Under the pieces are notes generated by a model that was not told where the DNA came from, searched no databases, and saw only the letters and a program-made list of their open reading frames with translations. Below are positions 35,366 to 48,725 of a DNA stretch of 64,000 nt, in pieces. The stretch comes from Felis catus (taxonomy: Eukaryota). The stretch covers positions 178,252,001-178,316,000 of the forward strand of contig NC_058368.1 in NCBI RefSeq assembly GCF_018350175.1. Reading direction: 5' to 3'. The stretch's first letter is position 1. Each line of letters begins with the position of its first letter. A program made the position numbers and the translations under genes.

Positions 35366-38089
35366 AGAGAACAGAATGGAAGGTGACAAAGTACACAGAT
35401 ATTGTGGGGTATACACCTGTAAACTGCCTCAGATGACACGATGGCAAGATGGACTTAATGACTGAAGCACCACTTGGAGGTGGGAAGTCTTCCAGAAGTC
35501 CTCATAGAGACACCTGGATCATATGTCACAGACCTGCTCCAGGATGTGCCTCTTCCAATGCAGAAACTCATACTGGGGTTAGCTGGTTTGGGGGCCTCTG
35601 CTTTAGAGTTAACCTCCCAGGGCCTGTCCTACCTGAACTGAGGATCATTTATAGTTTATGCATCTAAGGTAAAGAGGTCAGAGAGCTGAACTTCACCTCT
35701 AAATTCTGCCTTTGACTTCTAAGTCTTGACAATATTAATTCAACTCCAGACTGGACTTAATTTTCTACCTTGGGAAGAATGGGACCTGGGATGTCATATG
35801 ATTCATCTTTCCATTCTATCCATCCATCAATTTCTATCTCCCATTCATCTATCCATCCATTTATCCATCCATCCACCCATTCAACAAATATTCACTGGAA
35901 CAACACTGGAGAAGTGTCTAGAACCTGGCCTCTTGATCCCTAATACAAGAGCAAGATCCCTTGCTCTTCCCTGGTCCACATCTGTCATTATGAGTTAGCG
36001 TCTCTCAGCTATAGCCACGGGGATGGAGTCTGACCCAGACACTTCACAGAATTTTGTTCTTTCAGTTCTTTGGTTGCTGAATTGGAGCCACAGGCAAACC
36101 CTGCATTCTTTTCTCCTGATTTAATTGGCCTATTATTTTAAACTTTTGTAGATAAGGGAATAAAAAAGTCAGTGGAATATTGTATTCATCACATTCAAAT
36201 TAATATGCTTCATTACCATAAGACAAGAAGTGTAGTTGCAATATTTTCTCAAAACTTTTAATTGAACAGAGCATGGGAGGGAGTAAAGCAAAAATGGAAA
36301 CCACCAAGCTCAGATGTTGTTTTTCACTTTCTCAGAATGTGTGCTGTTTGTGATACACTCATCTCATTAGTGTTAATTATGAACAAAAATAAAATGGCAT
36401 TTAACACTGTGCTGAGACTTTAATTAAAGACAAACCTTCATACCCAGGAACTCTCTGAAGTCCAAGGTAGTTATTCTAAAATGGTATAAACATCTGCTGA
36501 GCCAGTGGTACCCCTATACCCACTCCATCCCCTACTGTTGGAAGGCCACTTCTAGATGGAAGCCATCCATCCATCCATCCACCCATCCCTTCAACAGATA
36601 AGCTTTAACTTGCTCATTTAAACTCTAAAGTAGTTCTGGGGCAAGAAAACAAATATTTGTTAAGTACCACTGTATCATTTTAAATACATTATCTGAAGGC
36701 TGATAGAGCAGAAGGAATACAGGGAACATTCAAGTAAGGGTAGTTAGTAGTACTATTCACATTATCCCATTTAATCATCAAATGGTTCCACGAGGTGGGG
36801 GCAAATTATTATTGCATGTAATTTATAGGAACTAAAACCAAAGTCCATAGAAATTAGGTCACTTGCTGAAGGTCATATTGACTCCATATTTTCCTGCTTT
36901 ACAATGCTAAGCTAGAAAGAGTATTCTGAATTATCTAAATACAGTTAGTTATTCATTAATTCAACACAGATCATTTATTGTGTGCCAAGGTCTGTGCTAG
37001 CCGCTGGAGAGAGCGCAGTCCCATTGCTTATAGGTTCAGTGGGGTAGGTAGACAATTGGATGGTGATGACAAGTCAGTCAGTGATGGGTGCTAAGATTAG
37101 CAGAAGGACTGAGAGCATGATGCAGGGACACCGGGCCCAGCCTGGAAATCCGGGAAGGGTCCTCCAAGGAGGTAAGACTAGTGGAACAGTTTCATCGGAG
37201 ATTCCTAAGAAGGACCTAGTGAGAAAGGAGCCTTCTTCTCTTCTTCTCTTCCAGAGATGGGCAACCTTGAGTCCAAGTGGACTTCCAAGAAATACCTGGA
37301 AACCGTTCCCATGCAGCATGCCAACGAGTGACCGACCACATTCATCTGGGCTACCGTGCACGAGGCTCCATGGATAGTGATGAAGCATCAGTGTCTGGCA
37401 CAGACTAGGCACTGAGATATATTTGCATTCCCTCCTCCCCGTCATCGTTCCCCAACTCTGTCTGGCTTCTGAGTTCTGATATCCTAACTGGGTTCCTCCC
37501 CTGCAGGCCCAGAGTTTCTTTATTTGGAGGAAAAATCAACACAAGAGAGCAATCACTGATATGGTCAGGGATTCAGGGATTTCTAGGGCTGACATAGTGT
37601 TAGGACAATCAACTCACCTCTAATTGACAAGGGAGGAGGTGGTGGTCCAGACCAAGGCAAGCCATCTCACCCATGTCAAACAGCAGAAGCAGGACTTGGA
37701 CTCAAGACTCAAGGCTCTTGACTTCAGTTTGATGGTATTTCCCTTATCCCAGCCCTGCCCAGTGGAGAACATTTTAGGAGAGCCTAGTATAGGATACTAG
37801 GTGGAAGGCCAGGGTGCTGTAGAAAGTGATTCTTGCCCAAAGAGTATCTTCCTGTTTATCCACCTATGCTTTACCTCCCCCCCTCCCCCATCACCCAGAG
37901 CCTCACTACACAAGGACTCTGGCTCTCTGTGACTTGCCCTGTCGGCTAAATAGCAGCTCGAGGGTTTCCCCTCTTAAACTCCATCTTCAGGGAAGAGGAA
38001 AACAGTTTCAAAGAAAGGCACATATTGCTATGGGCTTCCCCACATCCGTTCCCTGAGATTTCCTTTAGGAGTGAAACCTGTGGCTCAAA

Positions 38090-38275
38090 GTGGCCAGCCC
38101 AGGCCTAGGATCTCCTCAGTCACAGTGACTGGTTCAGAGATGGGCACATGACTCGATCAGAGCCAATGAGATTCCGAGAAACTCCGACATTCACTTACGG
38201 GGTCAATAAATACTCTTTGGCTTAAAACAACAGTGGTTGGTTTTGTCACTTGCAACCTAAAGAATCCTGAGTGAC
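38090..38275 (+). mobile_element. Old MaLR LTR fragment (MLT1J/K-like)
   Basis: CACAGTGACTGGTTCAGAGATGGGCACATGACTC...GCCAATGAGA, and a 3' end AATAAATACTCTTTGGCTTAAA...TTTTGTCACTTGCAACCTAAAGAATCCTGA. Confidence 0.7.
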
Positions 38276-39360
38276 GAAATAATAAACATAGTAAATAATA
38301 AGAATTGAGTGCTTACTCTGTCCAGGTACTGTTCTGAGTTCTTAATTTTGCCAACTTACTTGGTATTCACAGCAACCTGATAGACAAGCAATATGGTTAT
38401 CCTTACATTAGACTTGGTGAGGTTAAATAACTTACTGAGTGAGAGTCACCTCGCAGGTAAGTGATGGAACCAGTGTTTGCCCTGCAGGAGCCCAGCTCTT
38501 GAGCTCTTGTTCTTGACAACAGTGCAATACTGCCACTACGCATGTATTCTTTTCAGTTAAGACCTCAGAGTCCTCTTTTGCATTGCTGGTCCTCTCGCGA
38601 GACGGTTCCTCACCCAGTCTGCCCAAATTCTCGGGAAGGACCAGATCAATTTCATGAGGTCCCCTGCATGGAAGTAGTTGGCTTGTGCAAATATGTCCCT
38701 CCCAGGGGCCTGCTTACCACCCTAGGCCATGCTTCTATCATTGGGGGTGTGTTTCTTTGGATTATTAATAATTGTAATGACAGCAATCACAGCTTTTACT
38801 TGTTTAACACCTGCTACATGCCAAGCCCTCTTTTAAGTACTATGTACACATTATCTCGTTTCATCCTTAGAAAAGAGAAAAGGTGAAGTTGACTATCATG
38901 TCCCAGGCCCTAGAAGCAGGAAGTATTCTCACCATCAGAGTCTGCTGGAGGAACCCTGACTCCTGGGTTTCTTGGGTCTGTGAGCCTCCAGAAGGAGGAG
39001 TGGGCAGGGACCCAATGCACAGACAACACAAGAAAGGCTAGAATGGTTCATCCACTCCAACCATAGCTGTGGGACAGAAGGCAAACCAGTTCTCCACCCC
39101 CCAGGTATCCTTGGTCTGATGGATAAGATCAAGAGTGAAAATACAGAAAGGACTTCTCAACAGCCAGCAACTAGAAAAAAGACCAGGTGGAAATACCCAA
39201 AATATCAACTGTGGCTCTTTTTGCTGTTGGGTTATTAAGGATACTTATATTTTCCCTTTCACAGAGTTGCTAAATTTTCCACAACAAGCATGACTTACTT
39301 TTATGCTCATACAAAAATGAAACAAAACAGCAGCCCATTATGAAAACTAATATAAAAAAA

Positions 39361-40343
39361 TCAGGGTTCCTTGGAGAAATTGCTGGTTCCAGGGCTAAGT
39401 CAGGAATACACAAAATGAGCATAGACCATCTTGTAGTTCCAGAGAGTAAGGAAGTGCTTGAAAACAAACAACTCCCCCCACCCAGTATTGATGGGGATAT
39501 GTCAGAGACATAGGAGCCAACTGACAGAGCTTCCAATGGCCAAGGAAGGAATAATTTGAGCAAAGAAAAAAAAAAAGTAAAACAATATTGGATTATAGCC
39601 CAAAGTGTAAACATAAATATTCATGAGTCCGTACTAATTTAAACAAATTTCTTGTGCAGAAGAATTCCAAATAATTTATATAGATACTCCACCCTGAAGG
39701 AGGTGGAACATAACTCCCTGCTCTTTAAGTGTGGTTTGTGCAGTGACTTCCTTCCAAAGAGAACAGTGTGGAAAGCGGGAGGGAAACTTTACAGAGGAGA
39801 AACCTGACAAGAACTACCTCAGCCAGGTGGTCAAGGTCAACATCACAGTAATAAGCTACGTGATTATAAGTACCCTTGACACAATGTGATGTGGATGGCC
39901 CTTCACCCTGTCCTCCTCCTAGAACCCATAACTTCAGTCTAAGCATGAGAAAAAACTTCAGAGTAAACCCAAATGAGGGATATACTGCAAAACACCTTCA
40001 CAGTAAACTCATCAACACTGTCATGGCCATCAATAGGAAGAGAAATATGAGAAACTGTCACAGCTAGGAGGAGCCTCAGGAGACATGATGACTAAGTAAC
40101 ATGATATCTTGGATGGGATCCTAAAACAGAAAGGGCACATTAAGTAGAAACTCAGGAAATCTGAATTAAGAATGGACTTTAGTTAATAATAATGCAGCAG
40201 TATTGGTTCATTAGTGGTGAAAATGCTAAGGTAAGATATTAATAAGGAGGAAGCTGGATGAGGGGCATATGGGAACTTTCTATACTGTTTTTGCAGCTTT
40301 TCTGTAAACTTAAAACTATGCTAAAATGAAAAGTTTATTTTAA
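39361..40343 (+). mobile_element. Old L1 3' UTR (L1MC/L1MD-like)
   Basis: CAGGGTTCCTTGGAGAAATTGCTGGTTCCAGGGCT...GAGAAACCTGACAAGAACTACCTCAGCCAGGTGGTCAAGGTCAACATCA...GGGAACTTTCTATACTGTTTTTGCAGCTTTTCTGTAAACTTAAAACT. Confidence 0.85.
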
Positions 40344-43300
40344 GAAGTGAGATGGAAACGGGATGCCAGCAACAGCAGATGCATATTATAGAGGCTAGGG
40401 ATGATCACTCAGTTCTGGCAGCAGCTGAGCTGGAAGGAGATACTGTTTAACTCCCAGTGAGTCTTACTTTGCTTTTGTTCCCTTAGAAAAATCTGGAGCT
40501 CTGTAAATAAGTCTGTTTTCTGGACTGGAGAGGAGCAAGGTTATTGTATCTAACTGGCCTTCCCCAAGTCCCACAGGGGTTTCATGGCAGTTAGATTCAT
40601 TAACTTGGTATTTTCTAATCATTAACGCTGATCAATAATCCACTGGGTCTGGTCCTTAAATCAATTGCCCCATTAATGAGAATGAAAGCACCATTTTATT
40701 ATCAAGCCCTGGACCTTTTGCAGAAAAGGCTTCTGGGGTTTTCAGCTGCCCTACTTGCTACTGCACATTGGGTTAATTAAACTCCCACTCATGTCCCTCA
40801 AGCCTCATGCTTGTGACTTGGAACAAAATTAGCCAGAGGGTAAAACTTCTAGGAGCATGGATTAGAGTCTTCATTCAGGATGACAGTGAGCCAGCTAAGT
40901 TTTTCTGAGGACCTACTAAGTACCCAAGTCTCTGCTCAAATGTCATCTCCTCAGAGAGACGCCTCCCACCTTTTACCACCGTATCTAAAACATCAATGCT
41001 CATATACTCAGGGGCCACTGCTTTAGTTTCCTTCAGAGTATTCATCACTGCTTGATATCATATTTAATATGTCTGTTTATTGTTGTTTTTGTTTTGCCTC
41101 CCACTAAACAGAAAGCCCCATGAGGGGCTTGGTCTTGAAGGTGATGGCAGGCCACAGAAAGGAGTGGCATGGCCAGACTTGTGTTCTGGAAAGCTGACTC
41201 TGCCTGGAGTGTGAGGACAAGGCTGGAGGAGGCTGTAGACAGGATTCGAGGGAGGTGAAACAGGACTGGAGAAAACTGGAGACAGAATTACAGGAGAGGG
41301 CTAGATTGGGGGAGGGTATGGACGGGACTGGAGTCTCATTGCAGGGTGGGTGAATGCACACAGGGAGCTGGGGGGCAGTTCCGGGATCTAGTGAGACACA
41401 GTGCTGATGGGGTGGAGAGGACAATTGCCCCAGGTTCTTAGGAGGTGGAAAGGACAGGGGAGGTTAGATGACCAGCTGCGGGTGAAAAGGGAAGATGTCA
41501 AGGGTGACCCCGGGTCTCTGCCTTGGGCACCAGTCCCTGAGGCTGGGAACACTGGAGAAGGACAGACATAAGACATGACCTATGATCAGGTGTTATCGTA
41601 TGTCGTAGGAAAGGGGCATTTGATGTGGAATCCAGGTAGTTTTCTTTCTGTTCTGGTAACCCTGACAGTGCCCCCCACTCCCTGTCTTCCATAGCAGAAA
41701 CGCTGGAGGCTGAAGCTAACATCCCCAGGAACTGACCCAGGAGAGAGTGTGTGGGAAGGAGGGGCTGGTGGGGTGAGACATGAAGCCTCAGGCCACCTCC
41801 CTCCTGGTTCCTACAGAAATGTGAGGTGTGCACAATGTTAGTCGGACCCCTGAGGGTGGTGCAGTGGGAATGAACAAGTGGGTAGCTGTGCAATATATAA
41901 TATTACATTATATATACTCTATTATTATGTTGAATTGCAAAGACATGAGAAGGGCTTCTCATTACAGAAAAATTAGAAGTGTTAGACTCTGAACCCCAGC
42001 TGGCACTGCCCTGTGATGTACTTCAAGCAGACAAATTAGTGCTTTGTATTAAAAACATTCTCCTTTAAATATTAAGGGGGGGAAAGTTTTCCAGTTTTTT
42101 TTTTTTTTTTTTTTTTTTTTTAGCATGGCTTTTATTATCTCTTGAGGGCAAATACTTCCAATTTCAAAGTGGAAATCAATGTGAAACATGATTGAATTTT
42201 GGAAACCTGGTTTTACCACCAACAGTTTTGGACTTTGTCAGAAGTTCTAAAGGCTATAAATAGAATATATAATTCATACTAACAGTCTGGGGATTTAAAA
42301 GGCAACTTTCCTGTGTCACTTTCCCATGAAGCTAGCTTAGAATCCAGCGTCACTTTATGCCTGTAATGTCCTAGGTTCTTTTGGTGCTAGTGACATATTG
42401 AGATAACCTTATTTCTTTGTACCTTTATCCACACTCTGCCCATCTCGGTGAGACAAGGATTAAATAGACTAGTGAGCATCAAGAAATAGGCAATACAGAG
42501 CAGGTCTTATAAACATTCTAATCTTGGAAGCCCAAAGGGGCCAAGAAAAAAATCGAGGGTGTTATAGTAGATGAATAGCAGAGTCATCATGAAATAGAAG
42601 TAATAATTCCTATAGTAAAAGCTCGTCTCTCAGGATTAAATTTCTGGAAATGCATGAAAACACAACAAAAAGGCAAGGAGTCTCGTTCAGGGCCTGGTTT
42701 AAGACAAAAACATGGAACGTTCCGTATGCCGTGTGCGTTAGTTCTTCGCTACCCTTCACATATTTTTGGAACACGCAAGAGATTTTCAGACCTGCAGGAT
42801 GCTGTGTGAGGCTTCAGGAAAGAACTCTCTAGAGAAATAAGGAGAAAGGGAGAAGGGAATTCTCCACAAAGTGTCAACAATACTTCTGGCTGGTGACAGT
42901 AGTTCAGGTGACTTGTTTTGTCTTCTTGCCAGTCCTGTTTTCCAAGTTCTCCATAATGAACATATATTGCATTTATAATAAAGTCCCAGGTTCCTGTACT
43001 CTTACAGTGCTTCTCCTATATCCTGCCATACTTCTGTCATTTGTCCTTTGGAAATATACTAATTTGAGGGGCCATCTGTTTTGTTGGGATCCTGACATAC
43101 ACTTGCTCTGCACAGAAGGCCATTGGAACCGTAAAGAGAGTAAAGTGAATCAACGCCACGAAATTCTATAAGAGGTTGTTGCTTGCCAAAGGCTCTAAGA
43201 TCCCCACCTGCCTTCTTTTGGTTACTAAAAAAAAAAAAAAAAGTGGATGGGGAAGACTGGCTTATCTTTGAGAAATGCTAAAGGCATGTGCCCAAGAAAT

Positions 43301-44768
43301 ACAACTTTGTCTTTGAAGTATATGGAATGGAAAAGAGGAGAGAAAACAAGTAACCTTCTTATCACCTGCCACAGTGTTTTTGTTCCAGGGCCAGTGTACT
43401 AAAGGCCCCGTGCTTCTGGAAACATTGTCTTCCGTGACTGCTCATGCTCTGTCCGCCGGGAGAGTGCAAGAATTTCTAGGCCCCCAAGGCCAGACAAGAA
43501 CCTGAGCACTGTTATGTGTCCAGACCCTTCGTGGAAGACATGGTCGAATAGGAAATTTGGGACTCATGCAGTCTTTAGAGTGACCTGTTTCAAATGCAAA
43601 TCTGACTGTGTCATTTGGCTCCATTTGCTTCTTCCTGCATTCGCTTACTCAGTAAATAACATCCTATGTTTCCGCAGAGGCCAGGGCATTGGGCTAGACT
43701 CTGTGGCCTTGGTGGGCCACAAGAGACTCCTCCCTGGCTCTTCCTATAAAGAAGTGTTTGTACATGTGGGAGTTCCTCCATGACCTGTCTCTCTGCCTTT
43801 GCTTTTAAAATGCATCTCCTGCCATTTCTAAGAAAAGTGATTGCTGGTATGACACCCCAGTTTTGATTCAGTAGACTCCCCCATGCTAAATGCTTTTTTG
43901 GTGTCTGTGCTTTTGCGTGCACTGATCCCTCTCCCTGAAATGCCATTCCTTGAGGCCCAGCTCAGCTGTTACTTCTTCCATAACGCAATGGCCTTCTTAG
44001 AGACGGCTTCCATAGCCCCCGTGGGACTCCTATCTCAGTGGTTATTGCATCTGAGGCCTTGTCTATGTCCGTCTTGGGGTGTGAACACCTTGAGGCCAGG
44101 GTCTGGGTCTCGTTCACTTCTCAGTATGTCTGGGATTCGGTACAGAGTCTGGCACGCACTTGACATATAGTAAAGGTCTGCTGGGTGACTGAGTGACAGA
44201 GGAAATCCAGAGATGCTGTGTGGCCTGGAGATAAAGGCACCCAATTTCCACCGGTCCGCAGGTATGCACATGTTCTCCCAGAGTGCTTGTGTTGCATTAG
44301 TACTGAAGTCTCTCTCTGTTTTTAACTCTAATCTACCACCAGTAATCAGGAATCATAGGTGATGGGACAGGTTGTTTCTGGAGAGCTGAGGAAGCAGGAG
44401 GGGCTCAGAATAATGTGGGGCAAGTTGTCTGCTTTTAGGAAGTGGTCCATCTCAGGGGTGTCAAGGGCATTTGACATGGAGCCACAGACCTGGAGGCCCG
44501 GAGAGACCCACAAATCTAACACCTTAGCATCCATATGGAAAACCATGGCCTGGATGAGGGGTGCGGTTGGCCCTAAGGATGGGTAGCAGAACTGGGACTT
44601 CAATCCAAGCCTCTCCCCTCCTACCCTCACCTCCACTTTCTATGACTCAGGAGCATTATCCTTGGGACCTCTACTCTCCTTTGAACTAAAAATAAAAATA
44701 TGGTTGGGGGGTCCTTTGGGAGAGACATTTGAGTCTATTTTTCCAGGTGTCGTGTGCCTAGCACGTGA

Positions 44769-44902
44769 ACTGGCAGAAGGCTCGAACTGGTTGTGTCCAT
44801 CATGTGGGACGGGGCATGGGTGAGCACATGTGGGACTGGCAGAAGGCTTGAACTGGCTGTGTCCATCAAGTGGGAACAAGGACATGGGTGAGCACGTGTG
44901 GG
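44769..44902. repeat. Imperfect tandem duplication of a 66-68 bp unit
   Basis: ACTGGCAGAAGGCT(C/T)GAACTGG(T/C)TGTGTCCATCA(T/A)GTGGGA...CATGGGTGAGCAC(A/G)TGTGGG at 44769-44834 and 44835-44902. Confidence 0.92.
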
Positions 44903-47860
44903 GGCTACAGTGGGAACGAGTACACGTGTATCATGTGAGCGACCTTCTATGGGTCCCTCCTGTTGTGGGTTTTTAAAAGGACAGAAAGAGACATCCTGAA
45001 GTTGTTATAGTGATGCTCCCCAAGTCTTACTTGAACCATAAAGGTTACACAACGTAGGAGAGGGAGGAAGATATATTTGAGAGAGTAACCACACTGCATA
45101 GTTTCCTGGGCCCCTGCATACCCACCCTACCTCTGCCCCCAGATGGCCAGAGGCCAGAGCTCTGAGCCTTGTGGAGGAAGGCACAGAGAGTCAGTGCCAG
45201 GCCTATTTTGTACTCTTTTCCCCTCACCCTTGCCCACCCATACCAGCTCTTTGGGGCCCCAAGGCCTTTCTAGGATCCTTGTTCCAACCACCCCCAAGCT
45301 TTCTCCCAAATGCAGACCTTTTCTAATTTCCTGCCCTAAGAACTATCAGTCAATGAACAGGATGACTGATTGGTCTGAGATGGACTTGCTTCCAGAATAG
45401 AATTTTCCCCCACAGCAGGAACATGGTAATTAAACTTTGTCTTAGTTGAGAGAACAAAATTTCCCCAAGCAGAACGTCAATTCTCAGAGCACAATGCAAA
45501 TCAGAAATGGAGTGGAAATGGGGTCGGGATTCCAGCCATGGAATGTGCCTGTTCTTACCATGCTGAAAGCCAACCAAGTTTGCAGCACTCCAATACACCA
45601 AGGGGCCTGGGTGGGCAAAGCTAGTCTGGACCGCCTGACGCTGGGGGAAGAAATTAGTCTGTAGATCTCTCCATATTCCAAATGGCCCTTGGCACATCCA
45701 GGACCTGTCTTAGTGAAGGTGGGCACGGTGCTTGCAGCTGGCCTGTGCAGGAAGTCACTTCAGACTCTGGTTTTAGCTAGATGCATGCAGATTAAACCAG
45801 GTAGAGGTGAACCCTTTGGTTATACTTGAGGGAGGGAGAGAGGGAGGGAGCAGGGTGGGAGGGAGCTAAGGACAGGAAGAGAGGTAAAATGGAAGTGGAG
45901 GAGAAATTCAGTGTTGCCATCTGAAGCCAAGCCTCACAGTGAGCCATAAAGTCTCCTGGCCTTGGTTTCCCAGCAGTGCCTCTCCTAGAGAGCATCATGT
46001 TGGGCTCAGTGTGCCCCATATATTAGCATGACTAACATGAACATACATCACACAGGTGTTTTTGTACAACGTAGCCCCAGATATGCACCCACTTCTTCCT
46101 CTGATGCTCAACTAAGGAAAGAGAGATGTATCCTGATGTTGGAGGAAAAAACAGGTTTTGTTGGAGGCATTTTAAATTAATATATTTTCATATATTGTAT
46201 TTAAGGATGATTTAGAGAACTTCAAGGACAATTTTGACTACATCCAATTGTTATCTTTTAACTCCAGAGCCACTGAAGTCATTATTTTGCAATCTTCTTT
46301 ACCTAGTTAACTTCCCAATCCTTATTTGTATAAGTCATAATGACACAAATTTGATCCCGGCTCATTTTTGAATGGTTCCAAATTTCATATTAGCATGCTC
46401 CAAAACAATGGTTTTATAATACACATTATAACTAGAGTTCAGAACCAGACAGTGTTAATATCATCTTACTATCTTCCAAAAATCCATAAAAAAAAATTAC
46501 TGTTTGTACAATTAACCAGATAATGTTAATGCAAGTCATGTACCTAGATGTGAAACTGCTGGCACCAAGAATACTCTGGAAATGAGTTAACATTGTAATT
46601 TTCACCAACAAATGGCTAACCTAATTTAGCCACAGGTAGACTTGAGCTGTATCCAGATGCTTGATATGCAGGTAAATCATGGATAATATCCACATAGGAA
46701 AGAGTAATGAGCAAATTCAATCGTAGCTGGAATGAACACTTTGTTTTAAATATGTTTTACTCTCATTAAATGCATTAATATTCATGAGTAAATAATCATA
46801 TATATGAATTTCCTTTGGTAATTATCCAGATTCAGCCAATCATGGATACTCAGCATCCAAGTACAGCACGATTTTATTGTGACTGGAGAGGCATCTGCAA
46901 TTTTATGAATTTATTACCTATTTGTAGACATGACTGGAATGTGAGTTCATTCAAGGTTTCAGTGGCGATTTACCCTTTGGGGCATCCCCATAGCACTGAG
47001 GTGTGGAGCCTGGCACATGGTGGGCACTTGGCAACATCTGACAGATGGAAATACAGGCACCCAGGCTTGTGGCATAAATACTTTGCGGCAAAAGAGCACA
47101 GAGAAAGTCAGGTCCCAGGGGCTGCAGGGACCAGGGCAGCCTTCTGGGGATGGTAGGAAGGAGGGACAGAGCTGAAACCCAGAGGAAGGGGAAGGCTGGC
47201 AGCTGCTGAAAAGTTGTGCAGAGGACATTTCTGAATGAGAAGAGGGAAAGACAGAGGCAATGGTGCAGGAAAAATGAAACATTGCAGGAAAGCAATAAGG
47301 ACTGTGTAACTTTGTGGAAGATGAATTACGGGGGCATGGGGTCACCTGTGGGCTGGTCAGACCAGCACCCTCTTTCCTGGGAAATGTCCTCTCCAAGTTC
47401 AAATGTTTTTAGTGAAAACTGCCATATTCCTACCATATGAGCTGGCTGCTTGGCTGCTAGCTGTTTGATGGGTGGGATCTGCCAGTCTTCTTCAGGGGAT
47501 GTGGGAGCTAAGGGGGTCCCCCCTCTCTGGGGGACCAAACCTTTGACAGGAAAGAGCAAGGGAAGCAGAGATGAGAGTGAGAGCAAGTGGAGCTGGGGAG
47601 AGGGGAGCACGCTGCTGGGGGAACCTGTGCGCACCAGGCCATGGTCCTCCCCCACCCCCAGTCCCAACAGCTACCTCCATCAGCACGCCTCTGAGAAGTC
47701 TTCCCTTTGGCCTGAGATAAGAGGAGTTGGTTTCTGTTACTTAGCACCAAATTAGAGATTTTCATGTGCCTCTGTAGCATGATTTTGGATTGGGCAGTGA
47801 AGGCCCCACAAGTCACGGCGCAAAACCCCACCTCCAACCTAGAGGTGGTCTCACAGATCC

Positions 47861-48000
47861 ATTCATGGCCATGAGGAAGAGTGAGGAGATTCATGACCAT
47901 GAGGAAGAGTGAGGAGATTCATGACCGTGAGGAAGAGTGAGGAGATTCATGACCATGAGGAAGAGTGAGGAGATTCATGACCATGAGGAAGAGTGAGGAG
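47861..48000. repeat. Minisatellite: 5 x 28-bp unit ATTCATGACCATGAGGAAGAGTGAGGAG
   Basis: Five head-to-tail copies starting at 47861, 47889, 47917, 47945 and 47973, with single substitutions only in copies 1 and 3. Confidence 0.98.
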
Positions 48001-48544
48001 GAGGATGCCAGGGGGGAAATGCATATGCATGACACCGCTTCCTGCTCTTTGCCAAGGTCATTGGGCCAATCACATCTGGGCAGTAAGAGCACTTCTCCCA
48101 CTCCCCATGTGCACACAAGATGCAGAATTCTAGAAAACTCTGACAGACGCCAGCCCCATGACCAGTACTGAAAGAAAAGCCATCTGTCCTCCTCTTGATC
48201 CATGCCAGGTCTTCTGTCTGCCTCCTAGTCCTGCCTGCCTGGGACTCCCACCTGTGACACCCAGCAGTCAGACAACCTCTCCCTGCAGATGGGAAGGGGG
48301 TGCTTCATACTCTGGATGCAGGCCTAGACCTTCACCCCTTCACCCCTGTCTGGGTGTGTTTTCTGTCATCCCAAAACAAGCATGGAAGAAATGAAAGAAT
48401 GAAAATCTGGGTATGATAATGTCCAGAACCAACATTAATGGCTGTAAGCTTCTGGAAGGCAAACACTGTGCTTTAGCTTTTTGGTTTTTTGTTTTGTTTT
48501 TTTGTTTTGTTTTGTTTTGTTTTCTTCCAGAGTGGGGAGGGGGA

Positions 48545-48725
48545 AATGCACTGTGGTGTCAGGAAAAGCATTTGGGTCTTTGTGCTTTGCTTAACCACTC
48601 TCAGTTCCAGCTTCTTCATCTGTAAAATGGGAGAGCAGTGACCATCTTTCTACAGGAATGTTTTAATGATAAAGAAAGAGGTGATGCACTAGCACATGCC
48701 TGGCATGTTGTAGGTATATAAACAA
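48545..48725 (+). mobile_element. MIR SINE
   Basis: TTGCTTAACCACTCTCAGTTCCAGCTTCTTCATCTGTAAAATGGGAG core, ending with AGCACATGCCTGGCATGTTGTAGG. Confidence 0.8.

Noticed and set aside
42095..42121. 27-nt poly(T) run as a retrocopy tail or splice acceptor
   Set aside because: No adjoining retroposed body or TSD is visible. Most likely a simple homopolymer.
47861..48000. 28-bp direct repeats as a CRISPR array
   Set aside because: The units are head-to-tail with no spacers, there are no cas genes, and the context is mammalian.
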